64,000 nt of DNA from an uncultured Burkholderiales bacterium. GTDB taxonomy: Bacteria; Pseudomonadota; Gammaproteobacteria; Burkholderiales; Burkholderiaceae_C. Under the pieces are notes generated by a model. The model saw only the letters and a list, made by a program, of their open reading frames with translations. It had not been told where the DNA came from and searched no databases. A program made the translations under genes and the position numbers. The stretch spans positions 669-64,668 of the forward strand of contig CAIOTD010000169.1 of assembly GCA_903861115.1 (NCBI GenBank), read 5' to 3'. Numbering within the stretch: position 1 is the first letter of the stretch; each line of letters begins with the position of its first letter. This document shows, piece by piece, positions 9,522 through 18,985 of the stretch.

Positions 9522-10502
9522 ATGAAACCCCTTTTCCAATCGTTCTTGGCTTTGGTCCTCAAAAGCCTATGTGTTCTCGCGGTTGGGCTTTGCTCGGCCC
9601 AAGAGTGGCCCAATCGTTCGATCAAGCTGATCGTTCCCTTTCCTGCGGGCGGTCCCACCGATTTGGTGGCCAGGGAAGCCGCCAACATCATTCGTGAAGA
9701 CTTCAAACAAGCCGTTGTGGTTGACAACAAACCCGGGGGCAACGGCGTCATCGGCCATGGCGTGCTGGCCAAGTCAGCGCCCGATGGCTACACCTTGGGC
9801 CTCATTTTGGTCACCGTTTCGGTGGCACCGCATTTGGGCCCTGTTCCCTTTGACACCTTCAAAGATTTTTCCCCCATCACCAATTTGATTGCCATGACGC
9901 CCATCGCGATCGCGAACAATCAAGCGCCCTTTAATTCCATTTCTGAGATGATCAACTACGCCAAAGCCAACCCAGGCAAATTGTCGTTTGGCACCCCCGG
10001 GGTGGCCACCATGCCGCATCTGGCCGCCGAGTTGATGCAATTGCAAGCGGGCATTCAATTGACCCACATCCCCTACAAAGGGGCCACCCAACAAATGCAA
10101 GACCTGATGGCAGGTGTGACCCTCTTGGACTTCCAAAGTTCGTTGGTGCTTGCATTGCCGCAACTCAAAGCCGAAAAAATCAAAGCCCTTGCAGTGTTTT
10201 CAGAAAAAAGAAGCGCACAGTTGCCCAGCGTTCCAAGCGCCAAAGAGTTGGGCTTCAATGATTTGATCATTGCACCTTGGTTTGGAATTGGGGGGCCTGC
10301 GGGCTTGTCTGCAGAGACCGTTCAAAAACTTCATGCGTCCTTGGTCAAAGGATTCAACACGCATGAGGTCCATCAACGATTTGCAAATATAGGGGCGAGC
10401 GTACAGACCAACAAGTCGCCTACCGAGTTCACCCAGTACATCAAAGCCGAACACGAGCGTTGGGGCAAGGTGATCAAAGCTGCAGACATCAAAAGCGAAT
10501 AG
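9522..10502 (+). CDS. Bug/TctC-family tripartite tricarboxylate transporter substrate-binding protein
   Basis: The track ORF 9474..10502 has an unlikely 16-aa extension. ATG 9522 follows aaaggacg and gives the signal peptide MKPLFQSFLALVLKSLCVLAVGLCSAQ. Family motif IVPFPAGGPTDLVAR...DNKPGGNG. Confidence 0.9.
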   Translation: MKPLFQSFLALVLKSLCVLAVGLCSAQEWPNRSIKLIVPFPAGGPTDLVAREAANIIREDFKQAVVVDNKPGGNGVIGHGVLAKSAPDGYTLGLILVTVSVAPHLGPVPFDTFKDFSPITNLIAMTPIAIANNQAPFNSISEMINYAKANPGKLSFGTPGVATMPHLAAELMQLQAGIQLTHIPYKGATQQMQDLMAGVTLLDFQSSLVLALPQLKAEKIKALAVFSEKRSAQLPSVPSAKELGFNDLIIAPWFGIGGPAGLSAETVQKLHASLVKGFNTHEVHQRFANIGASVQTNKSPTEFTQYIKAEHERWGKVIKAADIKSE

Positions 10503-10661
10503 AAGAACGGCTCATCAGCGGGCAAGAAGCAACAAGCTTTGCCCAAAGAGGATGAGGATCTGGCCCAAGAACATCGCAAGATCATGAAAAGTTTTCCATG
10601 ATCCTGGAGGCCTGTCTAGGCGAGCGTGAAGGCCTGATTGAGAGGACCCTCTCGCTTTTCT

Positions 10662-11795
10662 TCAACGAATATGTTGCGTCACCCAAGTTGATAAAAACTG
10701 AGCGATTTCGAGATTGTTCTTCTCCAGCATCATCATGTGGCCGTTGCCCTTGATGCCAATGTCAGGCAAACGAACATAGGTATTGGCCACGCCCGCATCG
10801 CTCAAGAACTTGGCCGTGCAATGGTCGTAGGGCACGTGATAAGAGGCGTGGGAGCTCACAATTAAAATGGGCTTGCCCTTCAATTGCGTCAATGCTCTGG
10901 CAGGACTGGGTTGGACCCAGCATTTGACCAAATTTTCCGCATCAGGCTTGGTTTGACGAACCAACTTCAAATCTTGCGCAAGATCGGCAGGGGGATTGAA
11001 TTTCAAGGGCAATCGCGTAATGCCCCAAACCCGTCCAACGGGGCCGTCCTTGTAAAAGTCATCGCCCTCTTTTTCTAGAGCCATTTCATACAAAGGGGGG
11101 CCATTGGGCTCAATGGACACGATGCCCTTGACCCCTTCGGGTTTTGCGTCCGCAATGAGCCAACCAAATGAACCCGATTGGGAGTGGGTCAGCAGCACAG
11201 AGGGACCAATTTTTTCAAGCAAGGCCACACCCGCCGCCAAATTCAGCCGCTCAATGACGTTCACGTCTTCGATGTCTTCAACCTGTGAGGAGAAAAATTG
11301 ATCATAGATGGGGTCGCCCGCAACACCCGTTCCAGGCCATTGCGTATGAAAGGCTGCTTGCGGGTACTGGGCTTTGAGCTTGGGCGCCGTGAAGCGATCC
11401 GACATGGCTTGTGCATTGGGTTTGCGAGTTCGTCCATACACTTCACCAAAAAATCCTGAGCGGCCTCTTGCTGGTTGATCCACCACGTAAACCGCAAAAC
11501 CTTGTCGGACAAAGTAGGTTGCCCATCCTTCACGCCCATCCGGGGTCGCCAAAAAGTTGGTGCCTGTTTGTCCTCCCCCATGCCACATCACAATGGGATA
11601 GGGGTATTTTTGAACGGCAGGCTTTTGAAATTGCACAAACATTTGGTGACTGCGAATTTGTTGACCCTGAGCATTCTTTGAGTATTCCCCCCCAACAAAG
11701 AAGTAGCCCTGCTCAGCAATGGTCAAGGGCTCGGCGCAAAGAAGCCCTGCAAATAAAGCCGAGCTCAACAAGAGGCACTTAAAAAACTGTTTCAT
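10662..11795 (-). CDS. Secreted alpha/beta-hydrolase-fold protein (esterase/lipase-like)
   Basis: The track ORF extends to 11831. ATG 11795 gives the signal peptide MKQFFKCLLLSSALFAGLLCAEP. Nucleophile-elbow-like LLTHSQSGSFGW. C-terminal GNGHMMM is typical of the catalytic His region. Confidence 0.75.
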   Translation of the reverse strand: MKQFFKCLLLSSALFAGLLCAEPLTIAEQGYFFVGGEYSKNAQGQQIRSHQMFVQFQKPAVQKYPYPIVMWHGGGQTGTNFLATPDGREGWATYFVRQGFAVYVVDQPARGRSGFFGEVYGRTRKPNAQAMSDRFTAPKLKAQYPQAAFHTQWPGTGVAGDPIYDQFFSSQVEDIEDVNVIERLNLAAGVALLEKIGPSVLLTHSQSGSFGWLIADAKPEGVKGIVSIEPNGPPLYEMALEKEGDDFYKDGPVGRVWGITRLPLKFNPPADLAQDLKLVRQTKPDAENLVKCWVQPSPARALTQLKGKPILIVSSHASYHVPYDHCTAKFLSDAGVANTYVRLPDIGIKGNGHMMMLEKNNLEIAQFLSTWVTQHIR

Positions 11796-12279
11796 GTCTG
11801 TGGTCCTTGGTGGTTTTTTGTCTCTTTGCATTTTGCAAAGGTCTTTGTGTGAGATGTTCTTGATGATTGCGTTGATAGAAAGCCCATGGCCTCAAACCCT
11901 GTCAATGAAGCGATGTGTCCACTGTGATCAAAGCCATCAAAGACCCTGATCGCGAGTGCGGCATGGCCAAAGTCAATCGCCCCCAATGCTCACTGGCAAA
12001 CGAACCACATTATCTCACCGAGCGCTTGATTCCCAAGTGTTCGGTGCACCCCACTGGTGAAAACACCAGGCCCTATCAAGTTGAAGATCGAAAGCACTGA
12101 ACGTGGACCTGCACCCTGTTTTTTTGTCAACACAAGCAAAGACTTGCTTCATCCCCGTAAAAACCATGATTCCTATCCCTTCCCACGCGCCTATATTGAT
12201 GTCTTCGAATGAGCCATGCGGCGCTGATCAAAAGCTTTCGCAAAGGTTTTTTAAAACGCACGAACTGGAAGGTGCCAAG

Positions 12280-14046
12280 ATGACCATCAAGCGCAGAAAT
12301 ATTCTTTTGAGCTCAACGGCAACAGTTGCAGCCATGATCAGCACACCCAGTGAGGCCAGCCCCCCGAAAGCCCTCCAAAAGCAACACTGGGACAAAGAGA
12401 CCGACATCTTGGTCATCGGTTCTGGTGCCACAGGTCTTCTTGCTGCACTCAAAGCCAGACAGGAGGGACACCGTGTGATGGTCTTGGAAGCGGAAAACCA
12501 TCTGGGCGGACATGCCATTTGCAGTGGCGGCAACTTGCCTCTGGGGGGTGGCACCAGCTTTCAAAAAAAATGGGGGGTCAAAGACTCGCCCGACTTGGTT
12601 TTTCAAGACCTGACCGATTGGTCTGTGGTCAGTGCCAACGGCTTTCCCGACTATCGATACAACGACCGAGAGGTCATTCGGGCCTTTGCAGACCATTGTG
12701 CAGAAACCTGTGAATTTGTATTGGCCAATGGCGTGGTGTTTGTCGACAAAGCACCCGACACACGGGGGGGCAACTCAGTGGGCTCCTCTGTTCCCAGAGA
12801 GATGCACTGCGCGCCCATGGATTGGCCTTTGATCCAGACTGGAAAGCCCGCCGACGCCAGTGTGAAGCAGACCATGTCTACAGGCAACGGCTTGATGCAC
12901 CCATTGATCGACTCTGCAAAACGAAAAGGTGTGCAATTCCTGCTTGAGCACAAAATGCTTCAACTGATCCGCAAAGAGCACGCCAGTGGACCTGTTTTAG
13001 GGGTGCTCGCTCTCGTTCAAGGCCGACAAGTTCGCATCAGAGCCAAGCGAGCCGTGATCTTGGGCACGGGTGGCTCAACATCAAATGTCAACTTTAGACG
13101 CATGTTCGACCCTCGTTTGACAGAAGAGTATTGCGGCGTGGCGGGCACACCTTGGTCGTATCAAGATGCAAGTGGCGAGATTGCCGCCATGAACATTGGT
13201 GCCTCTTTATGGGGGCTTTACAACAACACCGGTGAATTCAGCTCAGGAATCACCAAGCCTGGCACCATCGGGGGGCAGTTCGGTTATGTGAACTTGAAAT
13301 TCTATCCAGGCAGCGAGGTCTTTCCCAAGGCACGCTCCATTGGTCTGACGGTGAAAGATTGGCATGACGTGATCACGGTCAACATGATTGGAAAGCGGTT
13401 TTACGACGAAACCGGTGGACAGTTCACCTCGGACAACTACGGCGTGAACAAAAACTACATACCGAACTCCTACCTCAACGCCAAGAACATGAAATGGGAT
13501 CCCAAAAACTACCTCAATGCGGCCATGGCAGGCATTGGAGATGGGCACAATGGTGGGGGCCCGATCTGGGCGATCTTTGATTCAGATGCGATCGTTCGGG
13601 AGAAATGGAACATCGCAGCGCCCTTCACGGATGAAGAAAATGGTTTTTTCTTCAGTGCACCAAGCCTCAAGGAATTGGCAGAAAAGATAAAAATGAAGCA
13701 CCAACGCGTGCCCATGCCTGCCGATAACCTAGAGGAGACGGTCAATCGCTACAACAGCTTTGTGGACGCCGGCGTTGACGCGGATTTCGGCAAAGAAAAA
13801 CCCAAGTACAAAATACAAAAGGGGCCCTTTTATGCAGCTTGGGCCACACCTGTTCTTCACGACACGAGAGCGGGCTTAAGAATCAATGCCAAGTGCCAAG
13901 TCTGCGACATGAATGGTCAAGTGATAGAAGGCCTCTATTGTGGAGGGGAGTCAGCTGGTGGCTTCAGTCTGCACGGCTTGGCGAGAGCCACCACACAGGG
14001 CTTCATCTCGGGAAAATACGCCGCGCTTGAACCCATTCATGACTAA
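12280..14046 (+). CDS. Tat-exported FAD-dependent oxidoreductase (fumarate reductase/KstD-type FAD_binding_2 flavoprotein)
   Basis: The track ORF starts at 12103. ATG 12280 is preceded by ggaaggtg and encodes a twin-arginine signal, MTIKRRNILLSSTATVAAMISTPSEA. Dinucleotide motif DILVIGSGATGLLAALKA. C-terminal GLYCGGESAGG flavoprotein motif. Confidence 0.8.
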   Translation: MTIKRRNILLSSTATVAAMISTPSEASPPKALQKQHWDKETDILVIGSGATGLLAALKARQEGHRVMVLEAENHLGGHAICSGGNLPLGGGTSFQKKWGVKDSPDLVFQDLTDWSVVSANGFPDYRYNDREVIRAFADHCAETCEFVLANGVVFVDKAPDTRGGNSVGSSVPREMHCAPMDWPLIQTGKPADASVKQTMSTGNGLMHPLIDSAKRKGVQFLLEHKMLQLIRKEHASGPVLGVLALVQGRQVRIRAKRAVILGTGGSTSNVNFRRMFDPRLTEEYCGVAGTPWSYQDASGEIAAMNIGASLWGLYNNTGEFSSGITKPGTIGGQFGYVNLKFYPGSEVFPKARSIGLTVKDWHDVITVNMIGKRFYDETGGQFTSDNYGVNKNYIPNSYLNAKNMKWDPKNYLNAAMAGIGDGHNGGGPIWAIFDSDAIVREKWNIAAPFTDEENGFFFSAPSLKELAEKIKMKHQRVPMPADNLEETVNRYNSFVDAGVDADFGKEKPKYKIQKGPFYAAWATPVLHDTRAGLRINAKCQVCDMNGQVIEGLYCGGESAGGFSLHGLARATTQGFISGKYAALEPIHD

Positions 14047-14278
14047 AACACAGGGCAACAATGGAGAGCATGCGACCAGCCAGTGGTCGGCTCTCTTGGT
14101 GCGACAAAAGAGTGCACAGGTTTTATTTTTTTAATTCTTGTCGCTCAAAGAACTTTTTAGCTTGCAAAAGACTTTTTTAAACATGAAAATGCTTTTGACA
14201 GGTGTTCAAAGAACCATCAAACCCTCTCGTCTGAAACCAGGAGAATAGGCACCCGAGCTTGCCCCACGGGTTTCGTGA

Positions 14279-14302
14279 GCGGCGGCGCAAAGGCGCCGCT
14301 GC
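14279..14302 (+). terminator. GC-rich hairpin between the flavoprotein gene and the tandem Bug genes (possible weak terminator/attenuator)
   Basis: gcggcggcgc-aaag-gcgccgctgc forms a 10-bp stem with one mismatch, followed by gtttgaatgtttg. The U-tract is poor, so the function is uncertain. Confidence 0.3.
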
Positions 14303-14363
14303 GTTTGAATGTTTGCGTTGACACTTGCTCACGCCCTCCCTGCTCCTCAAGCTTTTGTCAAAC

Positions 14364-15341
14364 ATGTCCATCAAAAAAACAATCCTCTTTTTCATCACAG
14401 GCCTCCTTTGGCTTCTTGGCCACGCACAAACCTATCCCTCTCGCCCCATCAACTTGATTGTTCCCTTCCCACCTGGAGGCTCAACGGATTTGATTGCTCG
14501 CGCATTGGCGCAACAGCTGTCAAGCCAAATGGGTCAGCCAATGGTGGTGGACAACAAACCGGGCGCTGGCGGGGGCATTGGAACGAACCTGGTGGCCAAA
14601 GCCCACAATGATGGCTACACCCTTTTATTCACCACTTCAAGCACACACGCCATTGGTCCGAGCTTGAACAAGAACTTGCCCTACAACGTTGACACGGACT
14701 TCGTGCCTGTCATTCATGTGGCCAATGCATCCCACATTCTTTTGGTCTCCAAATCAGTCCCCGCCAGCAACTTGAAGGAACTGATTGATTACTTGAAAAA
14801 AAATCCTGGCAAATTCAACTACGCGTCCAGTGGCAGTGGGACCATCATCCATTTGGCGGGTGAAGCGTTCAAGGCCGATGCTGGCGTATCGATCACCCAC
14901 ATCCCTTACAAGGGCTCCACCCAAGCCATCCCCGATGTTGTCTCTGGCAAGGTTCAAATGATTTTTGACAACATCGTCTCTGGGCTGCCACACGTTGTGG
15001 ATGGCAAATTGACGGCCATCGCCGTGACGAGCAAAAAACGCTCTGCGCTCGCTCCCGACATCCCGAGCATGATGGAAATTGGCAAGGAATTCGGTCTGGG
15101 CAATTTCCAGTCAGAAACTTGGTACGGTATGTATGCCCCCAAAGGCACAGGCCTGGACATCACGAGCGCACTCAACGCCGAGAGCAACAAGGCCTTGATC
15201 AATCCCAAAATGAAAGATCGATTGAACTTCCTGGGCGCCGAGGCCGTGGGGGGAACCTCGGCCCAATTAGCCAGCATGGCAAAAATCGATCGTTTGAAGT
15301 GGGCCGAGATCATCCAAAAAAACAATATCATCCAAGAATGA
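14364..15341 (+). CDS. Bug/TctC-family substrate-binding protein (tandem paralogue 1)
   Basis: ATG 14364 gives the signal peptide MSIKKTILFFITGLLWLLGHAQ. Motif IVPFPPGGSTDLIAR...DNKPGAGGG. Confidence 0.9.
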   Translation: MSIKKTILFFITGLLWLLGHAQTYPSRPINLIVPFPPGGSTDLIARALAQQLSSQMGQPMVVDNKPGAGGGIGTNLVAKAHNDGYTLLFTTSSTHAIGPSLNKNLPYNVDTDFVPVIHVANASHILLVSKSVPASNLKELIDYLKKNPGKFNYASSGSGTIIHLAGEAFKADAGVSITHIPYKGSTQAIPDVVSGKVQMIFDNIVSGLPHVVDGKLTAIAVTSKKRSALAPDIPSMMEIGKEFGLGNFQSETWYGMYAPKGTGLDITSALNAESNKALINPKMKDRLNFLGAEAVGGTSAQLASMAKIDRLKWAEIIQKNNIIQE

Positions 15342-15395
15342 CTTGCCCATCGCGCCTCCTTGATCTCTCACTTTTTAATTTTTAGGCCTGTTTTC

Positions 15396-16367
15396 ATGAA
15401 AAATATATGGATTGCTTTAACGATTGCCTTGGTGAGCTTGAATGGCTTTTCACAAACCTACCCCGTCAAGCCGATTGACTTGGTTGTCCCCTTTCCCGCT
15501 GGGGGCTCGACCGATCTGCTTGCTCGCGCACTCGGACAACAACTCTCCTTGCAACTCGGACAACAAGTGGTGATCGACAACAAGCCAGGGGCTGGCGGGA
15601 GCATTGGGAGCAATTTGGTGGCCAAAGCACGCGATGATGGGTACACCCTTTTGTTCACCTCATCGAGCACACACTCGATTGGCCCCTCCTTGAGCAAAAA
15701 TCTCCCCTACAACATCGACACGGACTTTGTGCCAATCATTCATGTGGCCAATGCCACCAACATTCTTTTGCTCACCAAAACCATTCCCGTCAACAATCTC
15801 AAAGAGCTCATCGCTTATCTCAAAAGCAATCCAGGCAAATTGAATTACGCATCCAGTGGCAACGGCACGATCATTCACTTGACCGCAGAAGCGTTTAAAG
15901 CCGATGCCGGTGTCTCTATCACGCACATTCCTTACAAGGGATCCGGCCAAGCCATCCCCGACATCATTTCAGGCAAAGTGCACATGGTCTTTGACAGCAT
16001 CGTTTCTGCCATGCCCCATGTTTTAGACGGAAAATTAACAGCCATTGCTGTGACCGGAAAAAAACGCTCCGCACTGGCCCCCGAAGTGCCCACCATGATG
16101 GAGGCGGGCAAGGATTTTGGATTGGCCAACTTTCAATCCGATACGTGGTGGGGTCTTTACGCCCCCAAAGGAACGCCCGTGGAGATCATCCATCTTCTCA
16201 ATGCAGAAACCAACAAAGCTTTGCTCAACCCCAAATTAAAGGATCGCCTGAGTTTCTTTGGTGCTGAGGGAATGGGGGGCACACCCAGTCAGTTTTCATC
16301 GATGGCCCGAATCGATCGCTTGAAATGGGCCGAGATCATCCAAAAGAACAACATCACCCAAGACTGA
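15396..16367 (+). CDS. Bug/TctC-family substrate-binding protein (tandem paralogue 2)
   Basis: ATG 15396 gives MKNIWIALTIALVSLNGFSQ. Motif VVPFPAGGSTDLLAR. About three quarters of mature residues are identical to the upstream gene by eye, and the C-terminal RIDRLKWAEIIQKNNI is identical. Confidence 0.9.
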   Translation: MKNIWIALTIALVSLNGFSQTYPVKPIDLVVPFPAGGSTDLLARALGQQLSLQLGQQVVIDNKPGAGGSIGSNLVAKARDDGYTLLFTSSSTHSIGPSLSKNLPYNIDTDFVPIIHVANATNILLLTKTIPVNNLKELIAYLKSNPGKLNYASSGNGTIIHLTAEAFKADAGVSITHIPYKGSGQAIPDIISGKVHMVFDSIVSAMPHVLDGKLTAIAVTGKKRSALAPEVPTMMEAGKDFGLANFQSDTWWGLYAPKGTPVEIIHLLNAETNKALLNPKLKDRLSFFGAEGMGGTPSQFSSMARIDRLKWAEIIQKNNITQD

Positions 16368-16383
16368 AGCCCCACAAGCTTGT

Positions 16384-17355
16384 TCACTCAGGAACAACAC
16401 CAATCTTTGTCACGACTTTGCTCCACAGATCGATTTCTTTTCGAATGATGTTTTTGAATTCAAGGGGTGTCCCCCCAGAGGGCGTTGCACCATCTGCTTC
16501 TAGGCGACTGGCCGTGTCCTTTTTGGCCAAAATGGTGTTGACCTCTGAATTGATCCGGTCCACGACATCTTGAGGCATGCCTTTGGGGCCAATGATGCCG
16601 TACCAAAGCGTCACATCGTAGCCTTTAAAGCCCTGCTCCTCGATGGTGGGTGTATCGGGCAAAGCAGGGATGCGTTTGGAGCCGGTGACCGCCAAGGCTT
16701 GCAATTTGCCAGACTGCACCAAGGGCAGCGCACTGGCCGTCGCAGCAAAATAAATATCGACTTGGTTGGCCAACAAATCATTCAAAGCAGCGCCGCCTCC
16801 CTTGTAGGGCACATGGTTGATGCTGATGCCTGCTTGATCGGCAAAGAGAGCGGCGCCCAAATGAAGTGCACTGCCCAAACCCGATGAGGCATAGGTCAAT
16901 TGCGCGGGTTTGGCTTTGGCTTTGGCAATGAAATCAGCCAAGGTCTTGATGTGCTGGGAGGCGTTCACCACCACCAGCAACGGCCCTTTGGAGGCTTGAA
17001 CGATCGGCGTCATGTCGTTCACGGGATCAAATTTGAGCTTGTACAGGCTGGGGTTGACCGTGTAGCTTGAAGAAATCAAGGTCAAGGTGTACCCGTCGGC
17101 AGGGGCCGCCAAGCCCGTTTGAATGCCGATCAAACCCCCTGCCCCTGGTTTGTTGTCCACCAGCACGGGCTTGCCCAATGAAGTGCTCAAGCCTTGTGCC
17201 AAATAGCGGGCAAGAATGTCGGCTCCTCCACCTGGCACAAAGGTCACGATCAGTTTGATGGGTTTGCTAGGGTAAGTATCTAGTGCCAACGCTGAAACGC
17301 AAGCCCATGGACAAAGGAAAAACCCAAGCAGGTACGGTATAAATTTTTGGAGCAT
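16384..17355 (-). CDS. Bug/TctC-family substrate-binding protein
   Basis: 323 aa. Signal peptide MLQKFIPYLLGFFLCPWACVSALA. Motif VTFVPGGGADILAR...DNKPGAGG. Confidence 0.9.
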   Translation of the reverse strand: MLQKFIPYLLGFFLCPWACVSALALDTYPSKPIKLIVTFVPGGGADILARYLAQGLSTSLGKPVLVDNKPGAGGLIGIQTGLAAPADGYTLTLISSSYTVNPSLYKLKFDPVNDMTPIVQASKGPLLVVVNASQHIKTLADFIAKAKAKPAQLTYASSGLGSALHLGAALFADQAGISINHVPYKGGGAALNDLLANQVDIYFAATASALPLVQSGKLQALAVTGSKRIPALPDTPTIEEQGFKGYDVTLWYGIIGPKGMPQDVVDRINSEVNTILAKKDTASRLEADGATPSGGTPLEFKNIIRKEIDLWSKVVTKIGVVPE

Positions 17356-17458
17356 GGAGAGCGTTCTCTTCTAAAATGTAATAACAAACAATTGGGCATC
17401 ATTTTATAAGCTCCGTGGCCAATATTGCACTTGTGCACTCACTTCACACACCCAGATC

Positions 17459-18403
17459 ATGAATCAACTCCAAGCCCTAAAAAAATATTCCACGGTGGTT
17501 GCCGATACGGGTGACTTTATGCAAATGCGCCAATTTTTGCCTCAGGATGCAACAACCAATCCCTCATTGATTTTAAAAGCCATTCAAAAACCCGAGTATC
17601 AGCACTTGCTCGAACAAATCAAAGCGAACCCCCTGCACGAAAGCATTGAGCTGCTGATGGACCGTTTGATTGTCCTGTTTGGCACAGAAATCCTAAAGAT
17701 CATTCCTGGACGCGTTTCAACAGAGGTGGATGCCAGGCTGAGCTATGACACCCAAAAAACCATTGAACGCGCCAAACGAATTGTTGCTTTGTACAAGGAC
17801 GCGGGCATCGATCAAAGCAAGTTGCTCATCAAAATCGCCTCCACCTGGGAGGGCATACAAGCGGCAAAGGTTTTACAAAGTGAAGGCATCAACTGCAACT
17901 TGACCTTGCTTTTTTCACTTGAACAAGCGGTGGCTTGTGCCCAAGCACACGTCAAATTGATCTCCCCATTTGTCGGCAGAATCTACGATTGGCACAAAAA
18001 GAACATGGGCGCGCTGTGGAACGAAGCCGCCCATGTCGGCCCCAACGACCCTGGCGTGCAATCGGTCACAAGCATTTTTCATTACTACAAAAAATTCAAT
18101 ATTTCCACCGAGATCATGGGCGCGAGCTTTAGAAACATTGGGCAAATTCAAGCACTGGCGGGGTGTGATCTCTTGACGATCAGTCCCGAACTCTTGGAGG
18201 CCTTGCAGCGCAGCGAAGAGGACCTTCAACCCGCCCTACAAAGCCAAGACGCCAGCAACAGTGCCCTAGAAGAAATAACACTGACCCAAGCCTCTTTTCA
18301 CGCACGTCTAAAAGAAAACCCGATGGCCTGCCAAAAACTAGAGGAAGGGATCGCCAGCTTTTGCACCGATGCGCTCAAAATTGAACAACTCTTGAACGCA
18401 TGA
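17459..18403 (+). CDS. tal: Transaldolase (class I, TalB type)
   Basis: 314 aa, collinear with transaldolase B. Has [24 protein letters not shown] and the active-site Lys region [14 protein letters not shown]. Confidence 0.95.
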   Translation: MNQLQALKKYSTVVADTGDFMQMRQFLPQDATTNPSLILKAIQKPEYQHLLEQIKANPLHESIELLMDRLIVLFGTEILKIIPGRVSTEVDARLSYDTQKTIERAKRIVALYKDAGIDQSKLLIKIASTWEGIQAAKVLQSEGINCNLTLLFSLEQAVACAQAHVKLISPFVGRIYDWHKKNMGALWNEAAHVGPNDPGVQSVTSIFHYYKKFNISTEIMGASFRNIGQIQALAGCDLLTISPELLEALQRSEEDLQPALQSQDASNSALEEITLTQASFHARLKENPMACQKLEEGIASFCTDALKIEQLLNA

Positions 18404-18424
18404 CCTCAACCCCTTGGAGTAACG

Positions 18425-18961
18425 ATGTCCAGCCCCCACCCCTCAGCGCCCTCAATCGAAGACAGAATGCCCTACCAAAAACCCCAACCTTGGGGCATGC
18501 GGCCAGACTTGATCGTGAAAGATGCACTTCAAGGCGACCCCCGTCTTTGGGCGCCTTTGTCAGAGGGCATCACCTCTAGACCGATCCTGCTGAGTGTCAG
18601 TGCCGGCTACTATGTCCACCTCATGCGTGTGACCCGCTCAGGACTGCTGCAAAGGCACCGACATTCCGGCCAAGTCCACGCCTACGTCATCAAAGGCGAG
18701 TGGCATTATTTAGAGCACGACTGGAGGGCTCAGGCGGGCGACTTCATCTTTGAGCCGCCTGGCGAGACACACACCTTGATCGTCCCCGATGATTGCCAAG
18801 AAATGATCACCCTCTTTACGGTTCATGGCTCATTGATGTATGTGGACCCCTACGGACAAGCCACAGGATACGACGATGTGTTCACAAGAATTGAAAAATA
18901 CAAGGCCCACTTTTCAAGCCAGGCGTTGGGTGAGCACTTCGTTGAACAATTCATTCGCTGA
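18425..18961 (+). CDS. Cupin-fold protein, 2,4'-dihydroxyacetophenone-dioxygenase-like family
   Basis: 178 aa with GGAG 6 nt upstream of the ATG. Cupin metal motif context HRHSGQVHAYVIKGEWHYLEH...FEPPGETHTL. Confidence 0.65.
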   Translation: MSSPHPSAPSIEDRMPYQKPQPWGMRPDLIVKDALQGDPRLWAPLSEGITSRPILLSVSAGYYVHLMRVTRSGLLQRHRHSGQVHAYVIKGEWHYLEHDWRAQAGDFIFEPPGETHTLIVPDDCQEMITLFTVHGSLMYVDPYGQATGYDDVFTRIEKYKAHFSSQALGEHFVEQFIR

Positions 18962-18985
18962 TCCATTTGCTGACAAGGGCACGCT

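Noticed and set aside
10578-10663. Two small hairpins (gatcatg...catgatc, and gagag-gacc-ctctc followed by gcttttcttc) between a convergent Bug gene and a hydrolase gene, considered as terminators
   Set aside because: The stems are short (5-7 bp), one has a bulge, and the U-tract is interrupted and overlaps the hydrolase stop codon. This is too weak to call.
12103-12279. 59-codon N-terminal extension of the flavoprotein ORF, and similar extensions at 9474, 14325, 15360, 30046, 35520, 49136 and 60899
   Set aside because: The internal ATGs are preceded by RBS-like purine runs. They yield canonical Sec or Tat signal peptides, or ATGA-coupled starts. The extensions overlap neighbouring genes or lack protein-like character.
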